DNA of 64,000 bases from Haliotis rubra (taxonomy: Eukaryota): the NCBI RefSeq assembly GCF_003918875.1, contig NW_025767546.1:930001-994000 (forward strand). Direction: 5' to 3'. The notes below the pieces were generated by a model. That model worked only from the letters and a program-made list of their open reading frames with translations. It made no database searches and was not told where the DNA came from. The translations under genes and the position numbers were made by a program. Below, piece by piece: positions 13,712 through 25,800 of the stretch (positions within the stretch are counted from its first letter, which is position 1; each line of letters starts with the position of its first letter).

Positions 13712-13961
13712 ACCCATGAAGATCCGGGTTAAAATTGATCTTCAGTAACCCATGCTTGTCGTAAGAGGCGACTAACGGGATCGGGTGGTCAGGCTCGCTG
13801 ACCTGGTTGACACATGTCATCGTACCCCAGTTGCCTAGATCGATGCTCATTCTGTTGATCACTGGATTGTCTGGTCCAGACTCAATTATTTACAGACCGC
13901 CGCCATATAGCTGTAATATTACTGACTGTGGCATCGAACTAAACTCACTCACTCACTCACT
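13712..13961 (+). mobile_element. SINE-like element, family A (CATGCTTGTCGTAAGAGGCGACTAA core, (CACT)n tail)
   Basis: TSD CCATGTCATCA on both sides. Near-identical copies lie at 38752-38987, 40696-40944 and 45611-45801. Fragments at ~6010-6080, ~9815-9870 and ~56885-56935. Confidence 0.85.
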
Positions 13962-14544
13962 TCCATGTCATCATCCCTTTCTTACTTTCTCACGTTATCA
14001 ATTATAATGTCTCTACAATTCACATGAATTTTTTACGTTTTACATCATCAGATTTTATGCTTCACTGTTTTAAAAGATGACTAAGATAGCTTGAACTGGT
14101 GTGGAACAAGGAATCAGAAGTATTATGTTCCTGAAATTGTTTTATCATGTATGCAAAAACCCACAAGCTGTTGCCGATGAAAGGGTTCTGGGATCTATTG
14201 TTGCATGTCCTAACAAATATAATGAGGTTAATGAAAACTATTAAAATTTATTCTTTGTTAGTCCATTATCAATTTCTGTGTTTAATGTTCTGTAAGTTGT
14301 ATGGGTAGTGTATGTTTGATCTGGCCTGTGTTTGTCCTGCTATGGTAACACCAGGAGCTGATGAGGCCATGACATGAAGCCCTGTCTGGTATGTGGCTTG
14401 GAAATGAACCTCTACCTTGATCATGAACACATATACCTTTAACTTAATTATTTCATTATGGATGTAAATATTTTAAATCATTCACGAAGTAAGTTATAGT
14501 CTGATGTATTTTGTGAAACAATGTAAGTGTTGCAGTAATGTTAG

Positions 14545-16690
14545 AGTGTGGTTATGGACTAAGCCTACACTATCTAACCAGACAGTGTGCTTATGGACTG
14601 TGCCTACACTATCTAACCAGACAGTATGGTTATGGACTGTGCCTACACTATCTAACCAGACAGTATGGTTATGGACTGTGCCTACACTATCTAACCAGAG
14701 AGTGTGGTTACGGACTATGCCTACACTATCTAACCAGACAGTGTGGTTACGGACTATGCCTACACTATCTAACCAGACAGTATGGTTACGGACTGTGCCT
14801 ACACTATCTAACCAGACAGTGTGGTTATGGACTGTGCCTACACTATCTAACCAGACAGTGTGGTATGGACTGTGCCTACACTATCTAACCAGACAGTGTG
14901 GTTATGGACTGTGCCTACACTATCTAACCAGACAGTGTGGTTATGGACTATGCCTACACTATCTAACCAGACAGTGTGGTATGGACTGTGCCTACACTAT
15001 CTAACCAGACAGTGTGGTTATATGGAATCCAGACAGAGTGGTGACTGTGCCTACACTATCTAACCAGAGAGTGGTGGTATGGACTGTGCCTACACTATCT
15101 AACCAGACAGTGTGGTATGGACTGTGCCTACACTATCTAACCAGACAGTGTGGTTATGGACTGTGCCTACACTATCTAACCAGACAGTGTGGTTATGGAC
15201 TGTGCCTACACTATCTAACCAGAGAGTGTGGTTATGGACTGTGCCTACACTATCTAACCAGAGAGTACTGTGCTATGCCACTATCTAACCACCAGAGGTG
15301 TGGTTATGGACTGTGCCTACACTATCTAACCAGACAGTATGGTTCATGGACTGTGCCTACACTATCTAACCAGACAGTGTGGTTATAGACTGTGCCTACA
15401 CTATCTAACCAGAGAGTGTGGTATGGACTGTGCCTACACTATCTAACCAGACAGTGTGGTTATGGACTGTGCCTACACTATCTAACCAGACAGTGTGGTT
15501 ATGGACTGTGCCTACACTATCTAACCAGACAGTGTGGTTATGGACTGTGCCTACACTATCTAACCAGACAGTGTGGTATGGACTGTGCCTACACTATCTA
15601 ACCAGAGAGAGTGGTATGGACTGTGCCTACACTATCTAACCAGACAGTGTGGTTATAGACTGTGCCTACACTATCTAACCAGACAGTGTGGTTATGGACT
15701 ATGCCTACACTATCTAACCAGACAGTGTGGTTATGGACTGTGCCTACACTATCTAACCAGAGAGTGTGGTATGGACTGTGCCTACACTATCTAACCAGAC
15801 AGTGTGGTTATGGACTGTGCCTACACTATCTAACCAGAGAGAGTGGTATGGACTGTGCCTACACTATCTAACCAGACAGTGTGGTATGGGCTGTGCCTAC
15901 ACTATCTAACCAGACAGTATGGTCATGGACTGTGCCTACACTATCTAACCAGACAGTGTGGTTATGGACTGTGCCTACACTATCTAACCAGACAGTGTGG
16001 TTATGGACTGTGCCTACACTATCTAACCAGACAGTGTGGTTATGGACTGTGCCTACACTATCTAACCAGACAGTATGGTTATGGACTGTGCCTACACTAT
16101 CTAACCAGACAGGGTGTGGTATGGACTGTGCCTACACAACCAGACGGTTAGTGGTTATGGACTATGCCTACACTATCTAACCAGTGTGTGGTTATACACT
16201 GTGCCTACACTATGATTATGGACTGTGCCTACACTATCTAACCAGAGTGGTTATGGACTGTGCCTACACTATCTAACCAGAGAGTGTGGTATGGACTGTG
16301 CCTACACTATCTAACCAGACAGTGTGGTATGGACTGTGCCTACACTATCTAACCAGACAGTGTGGTATGGACTGTGCCTACACTATCTAACCAGACAGTA
16401 TGGTTATGGACTGTGCCTACACTATCTAACCAGACAGTGTGGTTATGGACTGTGCCTACACTATCTAACCAGACAGTGTGGTTATAGACTGTGCCTACAC
16501 TATCTAACCAGAGAGTGTGGTATGGATCTGTGTCTTCACTATCTAACCAGAGAGTGTGGTTATGGACTGTGCCTACACTATCTAACCAGACAGTGTGGTT
16601 ATGGACTGTGCCTACACTATCTAACCAGACAGTGTGGTTATGGACTGTGCCTACACTATCTAACCAGAGAGTGTGATATGGACTGTACCT
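14545..16690. repeat. 39-bp minisatellite (~55 copies)
   Basis: Unit TATGGACTGTGCCTACACTATCTAACCAGACAGTGTGGT, with 38-bp variants. It accounts for the spurious repetitive ORFs here. Confidence 0.97.
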
Positions 16691-17433
16691 ATCGGCAATA
16701 CTGTTGGTGAGCTCATATGCCTATGTTTTGTACCAAATCATCACCACTTTGAAGAAATCCATCTGAACCTAGCAGATGCTTACTTTCTCTTTGTCCTGTT
16801 TGTCTAAAGGAGTGATCATTTTTTGTTTTGAGAAATAAACCATGTTATCTTATACATGTAGACGTTTGTCAGTGTTTAATGAAGGACATGTGTGATCATG
16901 TATAGATCTTACTCTCCAGGCTTAGTGATTCATGGTTTCAAAGAAATTAGCAGAGTTCTAAGTGTACAAACACCAACAGATAATACAGCCTTGGCCAGGC
17001 ACACCAGTGGATGACGGCACAAGTATCGGTCAAGTCATGATGTCATACTGAACAAGGACACAAAACCACCAGATCTCCACTACCCCATTAGTGCCCTGCA
17101 GCCACACCGACCAATGGTTGATAGTGTGACAACCATTAAATATCACCACTACAGTGACACACAACAATTTAATCTCCTCTATTGCTAACCAAGGTCCCCA
17201 CAAGGGGAGCACCTAAACATGTACATCCTTAAGAAGGTGAACTGCAGCAAGCACCTGTCTACAACCCTGATGACTTGGATTTGCCTGGTAACATGACAAA
17301 GGACTCAACTCGTAACGCTGTCTTGACTATTACATTTATTCACATTTGAACTGTTGAATCTGAGCAGTACTGAGAACAAACCCATCCATGATTGTTTTGA
17401 TGCAGAATTAAGTTGTTTAAACTTGGCCCTTCA

Positions 17434-20077
17434 TCACTCTGTTTGTAGTTTATCATGTCGTTGCAGTCTAAGCTGTGAGTCCAGTTTAATTAGCTGTTGT
17501 TGGAAACCTGTATTCGGGCACACCTCTCGATGGCTCCTGACCAATCGGAGAGCATCTTTGACTGTCATGTGACGTTTGAGCATCAGGAATGCCACAGCTA
17601 AAGTGGCAGATCGACTTACTCCCTGTATACAGTGGACCAGAACTTTTCCTGCAAGTCAATTGTATGTCTTTGAACAAAATTCTGATGATAGCCTGAACTT
17701 CATTCTTACATATATTTCATGAGTAACAGTAATTTGACCCAATTTAGGTAAGGTGACCTCCATTATAAAGGGGAATTCAGTACAAGGGATGTACAGGACA
17801 CATGCAGACACAATGTCTCCCTTACAACGGATGTGTCCATAACCAGATTTGCAGGCAAACATTATCCGCAAGGTGTACAGGGCCATCCATTGTGAAAAAA
17901 ATTATGAAATCAAAAGAGAGCAAAATCTTTTGTTGATATTAGGGACCGTTCATAATTTATGGCTAGGGGGGTGATGGTGATATTAAGGGAGGGCCATCAA
18001 TTATGTTCTGGGGAGAGGTGGGTGGTGGTGGTGGTGGGGTTAATAAATTTTCTACACATTTACTAGGGGGGTCATTGATTTTGTACATGACATGCCCACC
18101 TGCACTTACTTTGTACATACATTTTAGGGGGGTCATTCACATTGTACATGCTTCTCCATAAAACTCATCATCACTTTCCCCCTAGCCATAAATTATGAAC
18201 AGTCCCTTAATATATTGTTAAAATGTCTGCTAGGTATTTAAAAGAAGCACAACATTTCCCAACTACATGTCATCAACTCATCACATCACTTGTCTGTTGT
18301 AATAGACTCATGGCTCAAGAGGATAAAATTATGGCGGATATATGAGATGGGAAAAGAGTTAAAGGAATTTTACCAAAGAGAATGATATATGATCACACAG
18401 GCAAATGGACAGATACTGAACAAAAGCTTGGAGGTCGGTGTGGTCAGTAATTTAGGACAAAGATGAGAAACAAAAACTTGAGATGCAACCTGTTAACAAT
18501 GGATCCAGGGCTATAGGCAAACCAGTGGGCGATAGCATGAGTAAAGGAAGCAATCAGTGACAAACTTCCATTCCTCTGCAGTCACCTGTCACAAGTCCTT
18601 CAGAACTGCTAGACACCAAACTTACTGTGTTATTGTAGAATGGTACGGTGTACTTCATGCACTTCTCCATGGGGTGCACAACTTACCCCCATTGTCCAAT
18701 GCTTTCTCAATGAAGTCAGCTGACTCTTGGAAGAAAGGGTAAAGGTTAAAACTCATGTGATCAATGGCTTCAATGCCCTTGAAAGTGACCTTGAGCTTCC
18801 TATACATGTCCTCATTGGTGTTTACATGATGGATATCGACACCGTGGGCAGCATTGAGGATGTGAGTGACCCAAGCCGTCGGAGCTGCATCAGATCACGA
18901 GCAATCGACCTTCAACAAAGGGTAAATGTTCATTCACATGGAGGTCAATAAGACTTGGTTTAATGTTGGTTTAAGTGACACATAAAGTGTCCTGCTAGCT
19001 ATACTGGTATGGTAATATCCTATCTGAACATTTGATCTATTCTTGACTGTGACTCTTGTTGAGATGGCTGACTTTACCCATCAAAACATCATATGATAAA
19101 AAAAATTGCAACAATGGATCCTGTAAGTAAAATTGTGATTAAAAATATTTCTTTTAATATTTCATTTTTGCAAATAGTGAACCTCACTGTTTAAGATGGA
19201 TATGTAAATCTGACCTTTGACAAAACAATTTTACAGGACACTGTGGAAGAAATCCATTTGGACATCCTCTGATTCTAGTAATTTCTGGAATGTATACGTG
19301 GTATACAACCACTAAGGACACATTGGAGACTCGAAATTAACTGACCCGGTACAGCAGTTAATGCCACAAGAGTGGCCTGAATATCTTTGTTAAATATATT
19401 AAGAATTTCAAACAAATGATTGAAATTGAAAAAGAAGTAGATGATTTTGGTGACTATAACACATTTTGGAGAGGTTTTTTTGTAAGTAGGCATTTCACCT
19501 GTCGGCCAATCCATTTTCAAGAAAATAAAATACTGCATAAATTATTAAACAGCAATAAGAGTTACACATATGGTTTCATATTGTATCCATGTGGGGAATC
19601 AAACACGGGTCTTCAATGTGATGAGCGAACACTTTAACCATTAGTCTACCCCACCGCCTCCAACATACCACAAAAGTGAAATAGAAGTATCACAGAACAC
19701 AAGTATTTTTTATACAATGTATATATTTACATGATATATTGCTTTCCTCTGGACAAGAGCCAAGTGACATGGCAGCAAAATGTAGGTTTCCCAACCAAAT
19801 CAATGAACATTTCAGTCTTCATACATTTTTCACAAAACTATGGCATTCTTGAAATGACGAACATTGAGAGGCTACTTCAATGTTTCAGTTGTATTTGAAT
19901 AAAAGAATGTCTTGAAGAGTGTACTTACTCATCCCCAACAAGGAGATTGTCATACACCTCGTCATACGCTGTGTTGGGCAGCATGGTCATTCCACCAGCA
20001 GGTTGAGTGATGATGTCATCAAGCTCCTCCAGACCGCACTCAGCAGCATCTTCACTCTCTGGTGTGGCAGAGGCCAT
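17434..20077 (-). CDS. Atypical dual-specificity phosphatase (DUSP3/VHR-DUSP13/26-like)
   Basis: Exons 20077-19929, 18909-18687 and 17648-17434. Motifs DEVYDNLLVGD, THILNAAHG, FFQESADFIEKAL, catalytic VLVHCIQGVSRSATL and VCPNTGFQQQL. One base is apparently missing in the C-run at 18870-18872. Confidence 0.88.
17942..18206. mobile_element. PIF/Harbinger-like MITE
   Basis: TIR GGGACCGTTCATAATTTATGGCTAGGGG...CCCCTAGCCATAAATTATGAACAGTCCC with a TTA TSD. A second copy is at 55098-55324. Confidence 0.8.
19575..19660 (-). mobile_element. tRNA-headed SINE fragment (family B)
   Basis: The reverse complement gives GGCGGTGGGGTAGACTAATGGTTAAAGTGTTCGCTC...GTTTGATTCCCCAC (A/B-box-like). Relatives lie at ~36540-36660, ~37120-37205, 60642-61842 and ~62575-62657. 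Confidence 0.65.
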
Positions 20078-20327
20078 GTCTGCCTGCAGGCAGAGAACAG
20101 GTAACACAGATAAGGAAACTGGTGTGTGTGTGTGTGAGTGCGTGCGTGAGAGTGGGTGGAAGGGTGAGTGAATTGGGGTGAGACAGTGGGTGAGTGAGTA
20201 ACACGCATTGTTTTTCTATATTCTGGCAGTATCATGCCTGGTCAAGTTATTTATAAGAGGTTATACTTATTTATTGGATCATGGTATCAAGTTATTATAT
20301 CAACCATTATGTGGTAAACTTAGTTTT

Positions 20328-21015
20328 CATGATGGTCTCTGTATATAGAGCCTCCACCATGTACAACATCCCTTCATATAGCCTGACAGTCTATGACTGA
20401 GTAGACGTCTGCTACAACAGTTACGTGGTGATGGCCTCTGTATATAGAGCCTCCACCATGTACAACATCCCTTCATGCAGCCTGACAGTCTATAACTGAG
20501 TAGACGTCTGCTACAACAGTTACTTGGTGATGGTCTCTGTATATAGAGCCTCCACCATGTACAACATCCCTTCATATAGCCTGACAGTCTATGACTGAGT
20601 AGACGTCTGCTACAACAGTTACGTGGTGATGGCCTCTGTATATAGAGCCTCCACCATGTACAACATCCCTTCATATAGCCTGACAGTCTATGGCTAAGTA
20701 GACGTCTGCTACAACAGTTACGTGGTGATGGTCTCTGTAGATAGAGCCTCCACCATGTACAACATCCCTTCATTTAGCCTGACAGTCTATGACTGAGTAG
20801 ACGTCTGCTACAACAGTTATGTGGTGATGGCCTCTGTATATAGAGCCTCCACCATGTACAACATCCCTTCATGCAGCCTGACAGTCTATGGCTGAGTAGA
20901 CGTCTTCTGCAACAGTTACATGGTGATGGCCTCTGTATATAGAGCCTCCACTAAGTGCAACATCCCTTCATGCAGCCTGACAGTCTATGGCTGAGTAGAC
21001 GTCTGCTACAACAGG
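20328..21015. repeat. 99-bp tandem repeat (~7 copies)
   Basis: Unit begins GATGG(T/C)CTCTGTATATAGAGCCTCCACCATGTACAACATCC. The period is 99 bp (20331, 20430, ...). Confidence 0.95.
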
Positions 21016-21729
21016 TACAAGACTCCTCTCTGTACAATGTCATTCTAATTCAAAATGAGCGTGCTGACGTCATCACGAACACAAACAAACACAGTATTCT
21101 GTGAATATTCCATGTGGATACTGTGATGAGAATAGACACTGATCTGTTGACCATGATAGAGAGATTGTTAGATAAATACACCATAATAATCTTTAATGTT
21201 AAAAGTAGAACCATCTGCAAAACACAACACAGATATTTCCAAAATCACTTTATAACAGGAGAAGCAACTTCAAACAAAGATAATTTACCAAACTGCTGAT
21301 TGTAGATTTCATACATTTTTTCCAGACCAAAAGCAAACAAATATATATTCATAACACAATAACATAATATACAGAGATAACAAACAAGAAAAGTAACATT
21401 TGGTTGGGAACATAAAACCCACTGCAGTAGTTATTCAAACAGAATCATATACTTCTTTGATGGGCATTTTAGAAGTTGAGTTGATGAAGAATAATTGTCA
21501 TTATTCTTCAGAATAATATACATGACAAAATCACACATCACAGCCATGACCTTGCATCTGATGTAAATCTTCACCAGACAAGCTGCTGACAGATTGTATG
21601 AAGCACTCAGTTGTCATGCTAATCTAGTTAGCGGTCCTGTGATGACAACACTTGGCATATCCAACACACTGATACAAAAACAAATGTACGATAAATATGG
21701 GTTATATATAAGTGTTCAACAAAATAATA

Positions 21730-22080
21730 CAAATAATAATTCATTTATATGGCACCTAGTATCTATCTGACTAGTTGCTAACTGGACACTGTAATCACTA
21801 ACTGATTATTATTAACCATTAAGCTGCCAGTGAGGTTACTGTTCACATGACTTATCTCACCGGGTACCCATTTTCTGCTGGGTGAACAGAGGCAAGTTTG
21901 GACAAACTCACGTGCCTAAGGTGAGACCACATGTATCACATGTGCTTCGTTGAGGGGCAGGACTGGAGTCACGAGTCAAGCTGCCCAAAACGGTCATCCA
22001 TTCAAGGACTCTCCACACTCAACGATACTTAACTTCAACTGATTTGTGACCTGAGCTCTATGCACAGGACTACACACCAT
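21730..22080 (-). mobile_element. SINE with a 5S rRNA-like segment and a conserved central domain
   Basis: The reverse complement of 21991-22043 (GAAGTTAAGTATCGTTGAGTGTGGAGAGTCCTTGAATGGATGACCG) resembles the 5S internal control region. The central GGTACCCATTTTCTGCTGGGTGAACAG resembles widespread SINE core domains. An AAT-repeat tail lies at the left end. Confidence 0.55.
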
Positions 22081-22888
22081 CAACATGAATGCCCCAGACA
22101 GATGCAGCCTCTTATTCCCACACATTGTACTATACCTCCTGTTCTACTCCCTTCACTTCCAGTCCTGAACCATTACTTCCAGATCATCCCTGCAATCATC
22201 ACAGACTGATATGATGCAAGCATAAGTCTGTAGAACTGCATAAGTAAAGGTGCAACAGTAAAGACTAATGAATGGTTAAATTACTGGCTAAATCAACTGC
22301 AAAAATCACCTTTGACACTCATGCCTATCAGCCCTTGACGTTGAAGAATTTGTTAAGATCTAAGCAAATTTATACAAAGTTTCATGTTCGGACATTTAAT
22401 ACTTACTTTGACCAAAGCCTTCTGTGTACCAGAACATTTTAGATGCAGGGACCAATCCAAGAGAAGCAATATACACTCAGTTTTGATAAAGCATATTCAC
22501 ATACATTAAACCTTTATTTTGTGACCTTGACCTTTCCGTGCCAAGTGCAAAAACGAATAATGCCATCAACAAATAAGTCACTTTAAATGCTCTCATGACA
22601 AACACCAGTCATGTAAATACCAATTGCAATGAAAACATCTGTTTCTGACTTAAGCAGAGACCCCAGAGACCTGACTCTAACAAAATGCCTCTGTTAGAAG
22701 GATCAGTATATCTATCCCAGGGGGACAGATACTCGTCCATTATTCCAAGAATATAAGCCAGTTACTTAATGTTACTCATATGTGCAAGATGAGCCATGAG
22801 CTACTAGTATGTGGATATAAACATTAGTGTCAACCCATTCCATGAATGTTATGTTAAATAGCACATCAGCTCAAAATTTAATCCTGCA

Positions 22889-25800
22889 TCACAACTCCAC
22901 ACAACGCTGAGCAGCTTCCATCATGAACCGTTCCCGCCGAAGAATATTCTGGATCCTGTTTTCCTCATCACTGCTCTTACACAGGATAACAAAGTGGCTG
23001 TCTTTCTTCCTGGCCCGACCCCTCATCTGTACCAGGGTGGTGACTGTATTTGGTGGGTTCATGCAGATGACCAGCTCACATTCAGGGATATCCACGCCTT
23101 CCTCTGCTACAGATGTGGCTACAATGATGTGATACTTTTTGCTCTTCACTCCATCAAGCACACGTTTCTGATGTTTCACCTTCATCCCACCATCAGTTGG
23201 ACCAGACCCATGGCCAACCACTGATGTGATCTTCAGACTGTTTGCTGATGCAAATGTTGTCTGCTTCAGGAAGTTGCTCAGTCTGTGTGCATGTGCTCTC
23301 TCCCGGACAAGAATCAAGGCCATTGCATTTCTCCCAGTTTTCCAGTTGATATATTCATCATTGGTGAGAGTACTGAGTAACTGTGTGTAAAGTGAGATGT
23401 GAAGTGGGTTGTCATCAAACTCCTGCTGAACATGAGCTGAGTGAGCAGCTCTTTTCATAGCATCTTGCAGCTCTTTACACTCAATACCGATCCCCTGAGC
23501 ATGATGGAAGCCACTTCGTGCCTGATTCTGGTTGAGAGTCTGCAGGTCAGCTACAGCTGTTGGTATCCCAGAACCATCCAAATCAGACAATGCAATCAAA
23601 ACTACCGAGGAATGATTGACAACAAACTCCATATTCATTTTGACTTGTGGCTCCTCTGAATTTGCTTGGCAGTTCCCAAGAGCTTGGACAAACTTTCCAG
23701 TAGCAACATTGTCCAGGTGCTCTACATACTCAGCCAAGTCTCTCTGCATCCTCTGCACTCCCCACTGACAGACATCATCAATATTGCACAACTCTGACAG
23801 CTTCAAGTAACACTGGCAAATGTACATCAAAAGTGTCTTCCGGAAAGCTTTTTCTTCATCAGAAAATGGCTCATAGTTGATCTTCAGTTTGGCATGGGAT
23901 TGATAGCGTTTGAGTTCTCTCACACAATCTCCTTGGACGATGGCAATGCTGGCTCCGCCTAGATTGTGGAATAACTCCTGCAGCATGCTGACTGTGTTCT
24001 CAACACTATCCCGCCCCGCAGGAGAGGCAGTCAGACCGAGCACTTTGGGTCTGAGTTCAGGCGGGCATGGACGGTGATACCCCTCTAGGAGACGATTGAA
24101 GGGGTGATTCTTGACACAGTGATGAGCTTCATCAAACACAACCAGCGAAAAGTGTTCCCAGCGGAGCTGCTGCTTCTGCAGTAGATTGTCAGCATAGGCT
24201 ACAATGCAAATAAATCACAGTTAGGTTACAACACAGATATGTCACAGTTAGGCTACAACACAGATATGTCACAGTTAGGCTACAACACAGATATGTCACA
24301 GTTAGGCTACAACACAGATATGTCACAGGCTACAACACAGATATGTCACAGTTAGGCTACAACACAGATATGTCACAGGCTACAACACAGATATGTCACA
24401 GTTAGGCTACAATACAGATATATCACAGGCTGCAATGCAGATATGTCACAGTTAGGCTACTACACAGATATGTCACAGTTAGGCTACAACACAGATATGT
24501 CACAGTTAGGCTACAACACAGATATGTCACAGTTAGGCTACAACACAGATATGTCACAGTTAGGCTACAACACAGATATGTCACAGGCTACAATGCAGAT
24601 ATGTCACAGTTAGGCTACAACACAGATATGTCACAGGCTACAACACAGATATGTCACAGACTACAACACAGATATGTCACAGGCTACAACACAGATATGT
24701 CATAGTTAGGCTACAACACAGATATGTCACAGTTAGGCTACAACACATATATGTCACATTTAGGCTACAACACAGATATGTCACATTTAGGCTACAACAC
24801 AGATATGTCACAGTTAGGCTACAACACAGATATGTCATAGTTAGGCTACAACACAGATATGTCACAGTTAGGCTACAACACACAGCTACAACACAGATAT
24901 GTCACAGGCTACAACACAGATATGTCACAGGCTACAACACAGATATGTCACAGTTAGGCTACAACACAGATATGTCACAGTTAGGCTACAACACAGATAT
25001 GTCACAGGCTACAACACTGATATGTCACAGTTAGGCTACAACACAGATATGTCACAGGCTACAACACTGATATGTCACAGGCTACAACACAGATATGTCA
25101 CAGGCTACAACACAGATATGTCACAGGTCACAGAACTACAACACAGATATGTCAGAGGCTACAACACTGATATGTCACAGTTAGGCTACAATATAGATAT
25201 ATCACAGGCTACAATGCAGATATGTCACAGTTAGGCTATAACACAGATATGCCACAGTTAGGCTATAACACAGATATGTCACAGTTAGGCTATAACACAG
25301 ATATAATACTGTCATGCTAGAACATAGACATTTTTCAGAGTTAAGCTACAACAATGACATAGTTAGTTATATCACAATTAGCATAGGTTGATATGTATGA
25401 AGGAATAGGATTTTTTTAATAAACAAAAAGTAGATTCCTAAACTTCAGGAATGACCAGTGGGTTGTATTTCCTTCCACTACTACTATACTATTTGGTATT
25501 TTGCAACTGGGAAACAGTTTATTTTGGAAAAATTGATTTCTAACACTCCACACATTAAAGATTTATAACTAAAGTACTGTCGGAAATGCTAGAAAAATGC
25601 TTTTTAGCCTTAATATCTTTAGAAAGGTGATAAATGTACTATGTTGTCAATATATCAACTCACCTATAGTGTACCTAATTTTTATTTCAATTGATTTAAC
25701 ATTCCCATGCATTTAAAGGGCAGTTTACTGGAGAGAATTTGGTACCAAAACAACAACTCAAGATATTTTCAGAGTTCAACAACAGAAATCTGAAATAGTC

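Noticed and set aside
14504-16710. Many repetitive ORFs (WLWTVPTLSNQTV / CGYGLCLHYLTRQ)
   Set aside because: These are translations of a 39-bp minisatellite, broken repeatedly by 38-bp units.
17434-20077. DUSP as a pseudogene
   Set aside because: The catalytic motif and splice sites are intact. The single homopolymer indel matches the error pattern also seen in TADA3.
20327-20773. 148-aa repeat ORF
   Set aside because: It is a by-product of a 99-bp unit (a multiple of 3), with no homology or splice support.
22889-24139. Calling the helicase Dicer, RIG-I, MDA5 or LGP2
   Set aside because: No RNase III/PAZ, CARD or CTD is visible, so no gene symbol was assigned.
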